A stretch of DNA of 64,000 nucleotides from Ranitomeya imitator (taxonomy: Eukaryota). The notes below the pieces were generated by a model. The model was not told where the DNA came from, made no database searches, and worked only from the letters and a program-made list of their open reading frames with translations. The stretch's first letter is position 1; every line of letters starts with the position of its first letter. Below are positions 46,960 through 59,479 of the stretch, piece after piece. The translations under genes were made by a program, and so were the position numbers. The stretch is from contig NC_091284.1 of assembly GCF_032444005.1 (NCBI RefSeq), positions 802,218,001-802,282,000 on the forward strand. Direction: 5' to 3'.

Positions 46960-47768
46960 TGTTATGTTAACCAATTCAGTACCACAATGGACATAGCGGT
47001 CAGAACACATACAGTGATCTGACAAACACCCAAAATAATAGAACGAGCTCTGAGACGTGGGAACTCTGCAGACCGCAATCCCTAATCCTATCAAACCACA
47101 CTAAAAGTAGCCATGGAGCGCTCCTGACCAGAACCTAGGCGCCTCGTCACAGCCTGAGAAACTAGCTAGCCCTGAAGATAGAAAAATAAGCCTACCTTGC
47201 CTCAGAGAAATTCCCCAAAGGAAAAGGCAGCCCCCCACATATAATGACTGTGAGCAAGATGAAAACACAAACAGAGATGAAACAGATTTAGCAAAGTGAG
47301 GCCCGACTAGCTGAATAGAACGAGGATAGGGAAGATAACTTTGCAGTCAGCACAAAAACCTACAAATAACCACGCAGAGGGGACAAAAAGACCCTCCGCA
47401 CCGACTAACGGTACGGAGGTGGTCCCTCTGTGTCTCAGAGCTTCCAGCAGGCGAGAAAAACCAATAAAGCAAGCTGGACAGAAATATAGTAACAAAATAA
47501 CATAAGCAAAACTTAGCTATGCAGAGCAGCAAGCCACAGGAAAGATCCAGGGAGAAACAAGTCCAACACTGGAACATTGACAGGAAGCATGGATCAAAGC
47601 ATTAGGTGGAGTTAAGTAGAGAAGCACCTAACGAGCTCACAAGATCACCTGAGGGAGGAAACTCAAGCCGCAGTACCACTTTTCTCCACAAACGGAAGCT
47701 CCCAGAGAGAATCAGCCGAAGTACCACTTGTGACCACAGGAGGGAGCTCTGCCACAGAATTCACAACA
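46960..47768 (-). mobile_element. Solo LTR (chromovirus-related family)
   Basis: TGTTATG...CACAACA, 6-bp TSD GGAAGC. Confidence 0.9.
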
Positions 47769-48768
47769 GGAAGCCTGGAGCTGTGCACTTCAGATCGCCG
47801 ATCTGACAGTGCACAGCAAAGTGTCAGATCAGCGATGTTACACTATAACATGATGCCCTCCCTGGGGCAATGTTATAGTGTAAAAAAAACAAAATTCCAA
47901 ATAAAAAAAAAAAAATGTATTTAAAAGGAACAATATTTTATTTAAATAAAAAAAATAAATAAATAAAAGTACACATTTAGTATTGCCGTGTCCGTAACGA
48001 CCCCACCTATAAAACTGTCCCACTAGTTAACCCCTTCAGTGAACACCGTAAAAAAAAAAACCGAGGCAAAAAAGAAAGCTTTATTATCATACCGCCAAAC
48101 AAAAAGTGGAATAACACGCGATCCAAAAGACGCATATAAATAATCATGGTACCGCTGAAAACGTCATCTTGTCCCGCAAAAAACAAGCCGCCATACAGCG
48201 TCAAAGAAAAAATAAAATAGTTATAGTCCTCAGAATAAAGCGATGCAAAAATATATATTTTTTCTATACAATAGTTTATTGTATAAAAGAGCCAAAACAT
48301 AAAAAAATGATATAAATGAGGTATCGCTGTAATCGTACTGACCCGAAGAATAAAACTGCTTTATCAATTTTACCAAACGCGGAACGGTATAAACGCCTCC
48401 CCCAAAAGAAATTCATGAATAGCTGGTTTTCGGTCATTCTGCCTCACAAAAATCAGAATAAAAAGGGATCAAAAAATGTCACGTGCCTGAAAATGTTACC
48501 AATAAAAACGTGAACTCGTCCCGCAAAAAACAAGACCTCACATGACTGTGGACCAAAAGATGGAAAAATTATAGCTCTCAAAATGTGGTAACGCAAAAAA
48601 TATTTTTTGCAATAAAAAGCGTCTTTCAGTGTGTGACGGCTGCCAATCATAAGAAACCGCTAAAAAACCCGCTATAAAAGTAAATCAAACCCTCCTTCAT
48701 CACCCCCTTAGTTGGAAATAAATACATTTTTTTAATTTTTTGCTATTTTCCCATTAGGGTTAGGGTTA

Positions 48769-48995
48769 TTATTATTATTTATTGTTATAGCGCCATTTAT
48801 TCCATGGTGCTTTACATGTAAGGAGGGGTATACATAACAACAAGTACAATAATCTTAAACACAACTGTGAGCCTTCGTGGGCAGGGTCCTCTCTCCTCCT
48901 GTACCAATCTACAAAGGATGGGTGAGGAGGTGAGGATACAGTAGGTGAGGATAGAGCTGGTCATGCAGCAGTTTGGTCGATCGGTGGTTACTGCA
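48769..48995 (-). mobile_element. L2 3' end fragment
   Basis: Reverse complement of ~34310-34527 including the (AAT)n tail. Confidence 0.8.
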
Positions 48996-49009
48996 GGTTG
49001 TAGGCTTGT

Positions 49010-49220
49010 CATTAGGGTTAGGGCAAGGGTTAGGTTTAAGGCTACAGTTAGGTTTTGGGCTAAAGTTAGGGTTCGGGTTGGGGCTAAAGTTAGGGTTAGG
49101 GTTTGGATTACATTTATGGTTGGGAATAGGGTTGGGATTAGGGTTAGGGGTGTGTCGGGGTTAGGGGTGTAGTTAGGGTTACCATTGGGATTAGGGTTAA
49201 AGATGTGTTTGGATTAGGGT
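49010..49220 (+). repeat. Degenerate TTAGGG-like array
   Basis: 6-bp units gggtta, gggcta and gggttc. Confidence 0.85.
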
Positions 49221-50330
49221 TTCAGTTATAATTGGGGGGTTTCCACTGTTTAGGCACATCAGGGGCTCTCCAAACGCGACATGGCGTCCGATCTCAATTC
49301 CAGCCAATTCTGCGTTGAAAAAGTAAAACAGTGCCCCTTCCCTTCCGAGCTCTCCCGTGCGCCCAAACAGGGGTTTAACCCAACATATGGGGTATCAGCG
49401 TACTCAGGACAAATTGTACAACAACTTTTGGGGTCCAATTTCTCCTCTTACCCTTGGAAAAATACATATTTGGGGGCTAAAATATAATTTTTGTGGAAAA
49501 AAAAAAAGATTTTTTATTTTCACGGCTCTGTTATAAACTGTAGTGAAACACTTGGGGGTTCAAATTTCTCACAACACATCTAGACCAGTTCATTGAGGGG
49601 TCTAGTTTCCAATATAGGGTCACTTGTGGGGGGTTTCTACTGTTTAGGTACATTAGGGGCTCTGCAAACGCAATATGACGCCTGCAGACCAATCCATCCA
49701 AGTCTGCATTCCAATTGAAGCTCCTTCCCTTCCGAGCTCTGTCATGCGCTCAAACGGTGGTTCCCCCCCACATATGGGGTATCAGCATACTCAGTTGAAA
49801 TTAGATCCCAAAAGTTATTGTCCAATTTGTCCTGTTACCCTTGGAAAAATACATAACCGGGGGATAAAATATAATTTTTGTGGCAAAAAAAAGAATTTTT
49901 ATTTTCACGGCTCTGCGTTATAATTTGTAGTGAAACACTTGGGGGTTCAAAGCTCTCACAACACATCTAGATGAGTTCCTTAGAGGGTCTACTTTCCAAA
50001 ATGGTGTCACTTGTGGGGGGTTTCAATGCTTAGACACATCAATGGCTCTACAAACGCAACATGGCGTCCCATCTCAATTCCTGTAAATTTTGCATTGGAA
50101 AGTCAAACTGCGCTCCTTCCCTTCCGGGCTCTCCCATGCGCCCAAACAGTGGTTTACCCCCACATATGGATATCAGCGTACTCAGGACAAATTGTAAAAC
50201 AACTTTTGGGGTCCATTTTCTCCTGTTACCCTTGGTAAAATAAAGCAAATTGGAGCTGAAGTAAATTGTTTGTGAAAAAAAGTTAAATGTTCATTTTTAT
50301 TTAAACATTCCAAAAAATCCTGTGAAACAC
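49220..50330 (+). repeat. About three copies of the ~390-bp unit
   Basis: Anchor at 49362, 49749, 50141. Confidence 0.8.
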
Positions 50331-50884
50331 CTGAAGGGTTAATAAACTTCTTGAATGTGGATTTGAGCACCTTGAGGGGTGCAGTTTTTAGAATGGCGTC
50401 ACACTTGGTTATTTTCTATCATATAGACCCCTCAAAATGACTTCAAATGAGATGTAGTCCCTAAAAAAATGGTGTTGTAAAAATGAGAAATTGCTGGTCA
50501 ACTTTTAACCCTTATAACTCCCTAACAAAAAAATTTTGGTTCCAAAATTGTGCTTATGTAAAGTAGACATGTGGGAAATGTTACTTATTAAGTATTTTGT
50601 GTGACATCTCTGATTTAATTGCATAAAAATTCAAATTTGGAAAATTGTGAAATTTTCAAAATTTTCGCCAAATTTCTGTTTTTTTCACAAATAAACGCAG
50701 GTAATATCAAAGAAAATGTTACCACTATCATGAAGTGCAATATGTCATGAGAAAACATTGTCAGAATCACCGGGATCCATTGAAGCGTTCCAGAGTTATA
50801 ACCTCATAAAAGGACAGTGGTCAGAATTGTAAAAATTGGCCTGGTCATTAACGTGCAAACCACCCTTGGGGGCAAAGGGGTTAA

Positions 50885-51120
50885 GTAGGCACAGAAGTGT
50901 TATCATTACGCTGACTATGGCATCATTGCCGCCCACCATCTTTGTCGCATCATCCAAGTCTTGGAGAACCAAACAAATGTTAATCAATGCCCACTCTTCA
51001 GTTATGTGCAGAGGCTGATCAGAGTACCGATGGGTGTGATGGAGCTGGTACTCAACCACTGGCCTCTTCTGGTCACAAAGCCTTCCCAGCGTGTGCATTA
51101 TGGAGTAGAGAGGAGCAAAC
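50885..51120 (-). pseudogene. hAT transposase relic (region after the RW motif)
   Basis: STxMHTLGRLCDQKRPVVEYQ..EEWALI..CLVLQDLDDATKMV..AIVSV; family assigned from recalled motifs. Confidence 0.7.
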
Positions 51121-51342
51121 CTAAGGCTACCTTAGGCCGAACATATCCAAATCCCATTGATTTCATAAGGAGGCAAAACCAAAACGCATAGACAACACCT
51201 TAAGTGGGGCCCAAAAGCTGCCAAAACAGCTCATTTTAGAGGCAGACAAGGAAAAATGGCAACAGTTGACCCAAAGTACCAACAGTATAATTATGCAGCA
51301 TGAATGCATGGGACAGGGCTTAGACCAGCATTTGTAGCTTAA

Positions 51343-52732
51343 CCCCTTAACTACCGCTGATACGCCTTTTAACGGCGGTAGTTAAGGGTAATTAAAGTGT
51401 ATAGCAGTCAGATTTTCTCTGTGGTCTCAGTTGCCGGGGTAGTCGAGAACCCTAAGAACATGATCGGGGTCGGTTTTTACTGACCCCTGTTTTGCGATCA
51501 CTGATAATTAATAGTTTACCTGCGACCGCAAAAAAATAAGTGATGTGTGTCATTCTCTGTCCTGATGTGATCACACATCAGAGGACAGAGAAAAAGGGGA
51601 TCGGGGACCCAGTCATACTTACCGGTGTCCCTGGGTCCTCCTGTGTCCCGCCGTGATCTGCCAGCAGAGGAAATTCTTCCTCTTGTTTGATTTTGGTCAC
51701 TGTGATAGACATTGTCACATTGTCACAGTGATCAAAATAATAAAAAAAATAGTAAATAACCCCCCCCCCCCCCCCCCCCAGGGCATAAAAATTCAAAGTT
51801 TGAAAATTGCTAAATTTTAAACATTTGCGTCATATTTCCATTTTTTTTTTTCATAAATCATTGCAAGTAATATCAAAGAAATGTTACCACTAACATGAAG
51901 TACAATATGTCGTGAAAAAACAGAATCAGCAGGATCCGTTAAAGCGTTCCAGAGTTAACACCTCATAAAGTGACAATGGTCAGCATTGTAAAAATTGGCT
52001 CGGTCATTAAGTAGCAAATTGGCTGTCACGAAAGGCCCCTTCACACACAGCGACGCTGCAGCGATACCGACAACGATCCGGATCGCTGCAGCGTCGCTGT
52101 TTGGTCGCTGGAGAGCTGCCACACAGACAGCTCTCCAGCGACCAACGATCCCGAAGTCCCCGGGTAACCAGGGTAAACATCGGGTAACTAAGCGCAGGGC
52201 CGCGCTTAGTAACCTGATGTTTACCCTGGTTACCAGCGTAAAAGTAAAAAAAACAAACAGTACATACTTACCTACCGCTGTCTGTCCCCGGCGCTCTGCT
52301 TCTCTGGTCTGGCTGTGAGCACAGCGGCCGGAAAGCAGAGCGGTGACATCACCGCTCTGCTTTCCGGCTGACCGACGCTCACAGCCAGACCAGAGAAGCA
52401 GAGCGCCAGGGACAGACAGCGGTAGGTAAGTATGTACTGTTTGTTTTTTTTACTTTTACGCTGGTAACCAGGGTAAACATCGGGTTACTAAGCACGGCCC
52501 TGCGCTTAGTTACCCGATGTTTACCCTGGTTACCAGTGAAGACATCGCTGGATCGGTGTCACACACGCTGATCCAGCGACGAAACAAAGTTCTGGACTTT
52601 GTTCAGCGACCAACGATCTCCCAGCAGGGGCCTGATCGTTGGTCGCTGTCACACAGAACGATATCGTTGCTACGTCACAAAAAGCAACGATATTGTTAAC
52701 GATATCGTTGTGTGAAGGTACCTTAAGTGGTT
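51343..52732. mobile_element. Short TTAA-ended element with a MITE in its right TIR
   Basis: TTAA|CCCCTTAACTACC start; right end gtcac(taa)gtggtt is degenerate. Confidence 0.6.
52033..52723. mobile_element. AGGTACC-family MITE
   Basis: TIRs AGGCCCCTTCACAC / GTGTGAAGGTACCT; flanks GAA/TAA. Confidence 0.8.
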
Positions 52733-52967
52733 GAACATTGATTCAGGTGGATGAGTAACAGCTGTAGGAATGGTGTTCTGAGACCCCTGCCAAAATTCAA
52801 GCAACACACATGAAGGAGACCCAACTTGGAGTGCAAACATTTCTAAAAATTAGGAGCAGACACCAGGAAACTTGGCAACAATTGACCCACAGTAGAAATG
52901 TTATAATTTCACAGCAGTCAGGCATGGTTCATGCATGAGACAGGGTCTGAACCAGCATATACAGCTT

Positions 52968-53508
52968 TGAAATTAAGAGGTGGATGAGGGACTGATTTGG
53001 GCCTGCTGTGCTGTGTTGAAGACGAGATTTTCTCTCACTCGAACCAACCTCAGGTATCTATTCATAGGCACCTAGAATTGGGAAGAACTAAATCAGAGAG
53101 ACAGACACGTGTTTTCTTTCCAAGATAATAACGTATCCGCCTTTATTTTCAGTGAGCCCATCTTTTATACCCCAAAATGGGAAAAACAACGGTACATAAT
53201 AAGTTGGCACAGATGAATGTCTTACACAATGAGTTGTCAAAAACATCCTGGGATACAAGATAGATTAGGCGAAAGAATGCGGGGAGTCGTTGCACATATC
53301 TGCGGTTTTATGGGATGCTGGCTGGAACTAAGCATTTTTGGGTGTTTTCAGACAAATACAGATGTCCTTGACATTTTCTGGGAATTATTGACCACTGTTA
53401 TGTATGATATCCGGGAAATGGAAACTCAGATGATAACCTTGCACAATACTTTGTTTTTCTGCTATTTTCTGCTATTTAACAAAATGAAGATTAACCATTT
53501 CTTTAACA
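52968..53508 (-). repeat. 3' LTR of an endogenous retrovirus
   Basis: Minus strand TGTTAAAG...TTTCA; PPT AAAAAGAGGGGA at 53511-53522; TATAAAA (53163-53169) and AATAAA (53142-53147). Confidence 0.75.
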
Positions 53509-53736
53509 ATTCCCCTCTTTTTATCATCTGATCTACCTTGCCCTAACTGATTCCTTCCTATCCTTAGGCCTGCAAGATAGCCCTACTTCACAAAATACAT
53601 GGCTTTTCCTGTGTATATCATGGGATACCAGTCCTGCTGCGTATCCATTCAGACTATACATGATTCCAGGCCTACCTTTCCCTTCGCATCCCTATCCTTA
53701 TAGGAACCACTATATAAGGGGATACTGATATATGTA

Positions 53737-53914
53737 NNNNNNNNNNNNNNNNNNNNNNNNNNNNNNNNNNNNNNNNNNNNNNNNNNNNNNNNNNNNNNNN
53801 NNNNNNNNNNNNNNNNNNNNNNNNNNNNNNNNNNNNNNNNNNNNNNNNNNNNNNNNNNNNNNNNNNNNNNNNNNNNNNNNNNNNNNNNNNNNNNNNNNNN
53901 NNNNNNNNNNNNNN
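53737..53914. other. Assembly gap (178 N)
   Basis: Run of n. Confidence 1.
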
Positions 53915-54015
53915 ATAGAGAATAAATGAATCTTCCTATTAATTGTCATAATCAGAAAAAGTCCATATAAAAGTTCTTTTGGTCAAGTAGCTCTCAAATT
54001 CTTGTGAATTTTCCT

Positions 54016-56572
54016 TTAGACCATGGGCTTTCCGCAGTGCATGCAATCAGCCAGGTCCACAGATGTTTGCTTGTTGCAGAATATACATTCATGCTGTAGT
54101 GCAGTTATGAAAGTAGTCATCATCACTTGGATAGGCTTTATCTCTACGTCAGTGTTAGTATCAATCTTAGTTCGGTATTTACCTGGAAAACATTTGCAGT
54201 TAGAGCCAAGAATTTTCTTAATCAACATCACAAATAGCTTTATCAGTATTGCAATGATCAGGATTATAAAGACTGTCTGAATACGGAAATGCAGCACCCC
54301 TGGAACCCATCCACCTACTCCCTTGAACCAATTTAAAGGGTTTAACCAAGACAGCCATTCAGGAAACGGTAAGTCCTCAAGGGAGTTAGCCTTTCGCACC
54401 CCTTCCTTGATCAACCTGGCCTGCTCAATGTCATGTGTGACCCTCAGAAGTCCAGCGGGATCTATATAATGACAACAGGAAGGTCCTACCACCTGACAGA
54501 ATCCCCCTTGAGATGGTTAGATAATCAAGTACCATTGAATGCTGATTAGTAATGACTATTAGCTGTTACATATATGCAGACTCGACATTGAGGGCATCAA
54601 ACAGATATTCGGTCACGTTGTCAAAAATGTCACCCAACTCTTCTATCATCTGGGCATTTCTTATAGTCCCAAACATAACTCCAAGAGGGCCTGTCAATAC
54701 CATTCCTGTCTTAAGGTACCATGAGGCATGCATTAAATGCTTTTCCTGGACGGGAGGTGCACTACGCTTGGCTATCATATGGCTTGGGATATTCTTGTAG
54801 GGGAAATCTTTTTCATCCCACACCCATGTTGCTGGCACTAATCTAGCCAAGGTACAAGCACCCTCTGCCCCTTGGGGAATCCATCTGTAGGCATTACTAC
54901 CACACACTATGTATATGCCCCTGGTCAGCTCAAATTGGTATTCACTAATTAGTTTCAATCGCAATTGCACTATCAGTGTGGTATCAGTGTAAAGACACGA
55001 GGAGTCAGTTAAATCAGTAGTCACTAGTGTTGAGCGATACCGTCCGATACTTGAAAGTATCGGTATCGGATAGTATCGGCCGATACCCGAAAAATATCGG
55101 ATATCGCCGATACCGATATCCGATACCAATACAAGTCAATGGGACATCAAGTATCGGAAGGTATTCTCATGGTTCCCAGGGTCTGAAGGAGAGGAAACTC
55201 TCCTTCAGGCCCTGGGATCCATAGGGAGGTGTAAAATAAAGAATAAAAATAAAAAATATTGATATATTTACCTCTCCGGCGGCCCCTGAACTCAGCGCGG
55301 GTAACCGGCAGGCTTCGTTGTTCAAAATCAGCGCTTTTAGGACCTGAGAATCACGTCCCGGCTTCTGATTGGTCGCGGGCCGCCCATGTGACCGCCACGC
55401 GACCAATCACAAGCCGCGACGTCACCGCAAGCTATTGACGCGCTTATTTTTAAAAATTTTTAAAAATGAGCGCGTCAATAGCTTGCGGTGACGTCGCGGC
55501 TTGTGATTGGTCGCGGGCCGCCCATGTGACCGCCACGCGACCAATCAGAAGCCGGGACGTGATTCTCAGGTCCTAAAAGCGCTGATTTTGAACAACGAAG
55601 CCTGCCGGTTACCCGCGCTGAGTCCAGGGGCCGCCGGAGAGGTAAATATATCAATATTTTTTATTTTAATTCTTTATTTTACAGATCCCTATGTATCCGA
55701 TACCCGATACCACAAAAGTATCGGATCTCGGTATCGGAATTCCGATACCGCAAGTATCGGCCAATACCCGATACTTGCGGTATCGGAATGCTCAACACTA
55801 GTAGTCACTGATCTATAATAACGCAATGGTGAACATTGGGGATTGGTGTTGATGCTTCTAGAAATATCAGGTGCTCCATCCCCATATTGGCCTTCCCTAG
55901 TTTCTTCATCTACAGTACATGGACTGCTTCTCTTTCTTTACACACCTCAGTGTCACCTCCTATGAAGAAATAATCTCTAGACCAGTTAGAATCATGCAGC
56001 GTACGTTCTAAACAGACTTGTCTATAGCATTGCAATTTACCCTCCTTAGGAAAAGGGATTTTTGCTGAGAAACTGATTTTTAGCTCCTGATCGGGAACTT
56101 TTCCTATATAATTTTTGTCCATCTCTTTATTTCCCCAGGTACCATCATTATCTTTAAATTCAAACAAATTATCTGGATGTTTCTTTGAGGGATCTTGGTT
56201 TCTTGTAAGATTAATTTGGAACTATGGCTGCCTAGTCCACCCTGTGATGGGCAAGGCAGCGGCAGTCTTACTCTGCTGGTCTGTTAGTTCTAAGGCCCGC
56301 ATTTCCCAGCACCTTCCACCAAACAAGTCTCTTTCAGAGACAGGGGTAACAAAATAAGGCATGGTTTTGGCAGCTATAGAAGCATGGGAACATATCCAGC
56401 AATTTGACAGGTTTCGGGCCTGAGCAATATAATTATGATACTGGATAAATTTATTAGTCAATTGCTTTGACATTTCACTATCCCATTGCTCGAGTATCTC
56501 ATTATTCTGTTTACCATGCACAAGAAAAATAAGCATTAAAAGGGTAAAGGGATAGTATTTTCCTAGCGACAT
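54016..56572 (-). pseudogene. env: ERV envelope (gamma-type SU/TM) with stops, a frameshift and a hAT MITE insertion
   Basis: Signal peptide MSLGKYYPFTLLMLIFLVHG, CWIC, IAKR|S cleavage site, VLDYL, CQVVGPSCC (CX6CC), hydrophobic TM. Stops at 56222 and 55910. Confidence 0.88.
55025..55800. mobile_element. hAT MITE in env
   Basis: TAGTGTTGAGC TIRs, perfect 8-bp TSD GTAGTCAC, large central palindrome. Confidence 0.92.
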
Positions 56573-56577
56573 TGTCT

Positions 56578-57290
56578 TTAGTTCTTGTGAAATCTTTTGC
56601 AGTGTGATGCGTGAATCCAGGCAGACTTTCCTTCCAACTTGACAGATGTTGGTGTGGTCAGCTGGACTTGGTAAGGCCCCTCGAATCGGGGATCAAGGCT
56701 TTTTCTCAAATGCTTTCGAGTCACAACCCAGTCTCCAGACTTAAGGTCATGCGCCCCTGGCAAGGAGGAGGGATCTGGAATAGAACTGAAAACACGAGTA
56801 AGAATTTGCTGCAATGCTTGCTGCAAAGCACCAACATAAACTGTCAGATTTGAATGAGACACCTGCAATTGCTGGGGGAAATACAACCCTGTTTTCGGAG
56901 GCCCCCCAAACAAAATCTCATATGGGCTCAGAATTGTCTTCCTGTTGGGTGTGACCCTAACAGTATACAGTGCTATGGGGAGACAGTCCACGGTTTACCG
57001 GTCTCAGCCATTGCCTTCTGTGTTTTCATTTTCAAAGTACCATTCAACCTCTCCACCTTACTGCTGCTCTGTGGGTGATATGGAGTGTGGAATGATTGCT
57101 CAATTCCTAGAGCTCGGGTGATCTCCTGACACACTTGAGAAGTAAAGTGACTACCTCTGTCACTTTCAATGACCTCTGGTACCCCATATCTGCAAACCAT
57201 TTCTGATAGCAATTTCTTTGCAACAGTACGTGCATTGGCACAAGAACAAGGCCACGCTTCTGGCTATACCTGCTTTTCTGCTCAGCCACA
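56578..57290 (-). pseudogene. pol: ERV integrase core and C-terminus (epsilon/gamma-like), 5' truncated
   Basis: RYGVPEVIESDRGSHF, PYHPQSSSKVERLNGTLK, SPYEILFG, GPYQVQLTTPT, WIHASHCK. Confidence 0.88.
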
Positions 57291-57899
57291 CTCGGGAGGC
57301 AGAAACATCAGCTTTGTAGACTACGATTGTTAGGAACATTTAAGGATAGTTACACAGTTCGTTGACAAAGTGTAGGCCTGCCAGTCTGGGAGCCCTAATG
57401 CTACAGGCAACACACACGAAGGAGACCAAACTTGGATTCACCACATTTCAAAAAAATTAAGGGCAGACAACAGGAAAGGGGTATCATTTGATCCACAGTA
57501 GAAATGTTATAATGGCACAGCATTGGTGGGTAGGATAGGGCTTTGCCCAGCATTTCTTGCTTACAAATTGATCAGTAGGAGGTACCTGAGTGACGAGTAT
57601 AGGCCTGGTGCTCCAAGACGCCTTCCACTATAGGCAACCCACCAGATGGAGACCCAATTTGAAGTCTTCACATTTCAAAACATTATTGGCACAAACGAAA
57701 GTTGCATTAATTTCCCCAGAAGTAAATAGTATAATGGGGCTCTGACGCCCCTTCCACTACAGGAAACACAACAAGGAGATCCAAATAAGTCTCCATTTGC
57801 CAAAAATATAGCTTGTTTTGACTCCGGGGGAAGCAAAAGGAGGAGGAATATTAGTGGCTTTAAAAAAAAAAATTGTAAAAGTAATAGCGGGAGACACCT

Positions 57900-58560
57900 T
57901 CTGATTGTTGTAACTAACACGTTCTTCCCAAGTTCATTGGAGACAGCCAATGCTCAAACTCAGCCTTTATAGCTGTCCACAACTATTGTACTGTTTGATC
58001 ACCAAGACATTAAATTGAACACTGCCTGATTGTGGTGAGCCATTCCTGCACAGTACAGAGGTGCGGGGAGATTCTCTACACTGTTGGAACGTGTGTCTCA
58101 TTAAGGCAGAGGTTGAGAGCACATGTGGAGTCCGTAGAGGAGGAGGAGGGAAAGGAGGAAGTGTTCATACAGAGGTTTGTCCCGCAAGCCTAGGAGAAGA
58201 TTTCAAGACTTATGGAGCAGCCCTTTCCCCGCCTGCCCCTGCAACCACCAGTCACCCAGTGCCCAGTCAGTGAGATGTAACACCCCTGCCCATGCTTGCT
58301 CATATAGGTGTCAGTGGCAAAATGCACCCCGAGAGATTTTTTTCAGGAAATGGGTAAGGTCTACAACATGCTGGTGTAGCGCAGGTACAGCTTTCTTGGA
58401 GAAATAACAGTGACTGGACAACTGGTACTGGGGAACTGCAATGACCATAAGCTTTTAGAAACAGTCTGTGTCCTCCGGATGGAAAGGCAGCACTTACATG
58501 GCCAACAGTTTGAAGATGGTGAAGTTCAAGCTCTTTGTTTACCCCTATACATACCAAAAC
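57900..58560 (-). pseudogene. hAT transposase relic (first catalytic D region)
   Basis: Stop-riddled frame: KLLAM*VLPF, YFSKKAVPALHQHV, HFATDTYMSKHGQGCYISLTGHWV, LWTAIKAEFEHWLSP. Confidence 0.7.
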
Positions 58561-58879
58561 TTTCTTTTGCGTGACCACAACTGCAGGACCAAGAGCTGGC
58601 TGCTGTGCTGAGAGCATGAAGAGTATGAAGAACAGGACAAACTGCTGTACCATTAATGTGGTGCAGGCGGAGATGTTATGGTAGATTGAGAAAGATGTAG
58701 TGTGCTCATCTGAATCCATTTCCTTTTTTGTCTTGGTTAAGTTACATGCTGGGGTGGTTTTAGGGCTTCCATGGCTACTCATTCACAATCCTGTTATTGA
58801 TTGGTGTAGAAATGAAATTGATAAGTGGGGCCCCAATTGTCATAAGTAATGTCCAAGTCCTATACAAGTATGCTCTGCA

Positions 58880-59065
58880 AATCTGTGGGGGGCTGCCAGG
58901 GTACCTCAAAGACTTCAAAGATGTGTTTTCAGAAAAAGAGGTGGGGAGAATCATTACATCTCCATCATCCTTATGACTGTGCTATTGATCTTGTTCCTGG
59001 TGCCAAGTTACCTAAAGCTCACCTTTACAATTTATCAGGACCTGAGAGGAGTACTCTTTCACTTT
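58880..59065 (+). pseudogene. Gypsy (chromovirus-type) pol fragment upstream of RT
   Basis: YLKDFKDVFS, YDCAIDLVPGAKLPK..LYNLSGPE. Confidence 0.7.
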
Positions 59066-59479
59066 GGCTCTCTGGATTTCTTGGGTCATCCTTGGAACAC
59101 CAGTCTCCTGGAGACTGTAGATGACAATTTTAAGGGCCTTGTGTTTCATACAGTGCAAAGGTCTCAATCTCTTTCAGGCTCACTCCACAAGATCCACATG
59201 ATTCCTTCATCTGTATATGGAACTGAACCGCCAGGTCAAGTACATGCAATAGAGAAATACAACACAGTGCTGCCTGCATCACACCTACAAGATGAAGCTT
59301 CGAACTTTACATCATTACCGTCAATTTGTGAAAAGGGGGAGAATGATGTCGGACATGTCATGTGGAGTGAGCCACATCTCATAAATCCATATATTTAGGA
59401 GTCGCTTGTTGAGGTCTTATTCAGCTCCGAACTCTTGCCTCCTACATTGGCAGAGCTCAAGCCACGCCCCCATTAACCC

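Larger units (their letters stand above)
46861..50880. mobile_element. Second copy of the large TTAA-ended element, with a solo LTR and an L2 fragment inserted
   Basis: Colinear with 1-3422; ends ggcaaagggg|TTAA. The left boundary is uncertain. Confidence 0.65.

Noticed and set aside
53710-53949. ORFs containing runs of X
   Set aside because: Artefacts of the 178-N assembly gap.
58300-58782. 160-aa Cys-rich ORF with a signal-like hydrophobic stretch
   Set aside because: It is an alternative frame over a stop-riddled hAT transposase relic on the same strand.
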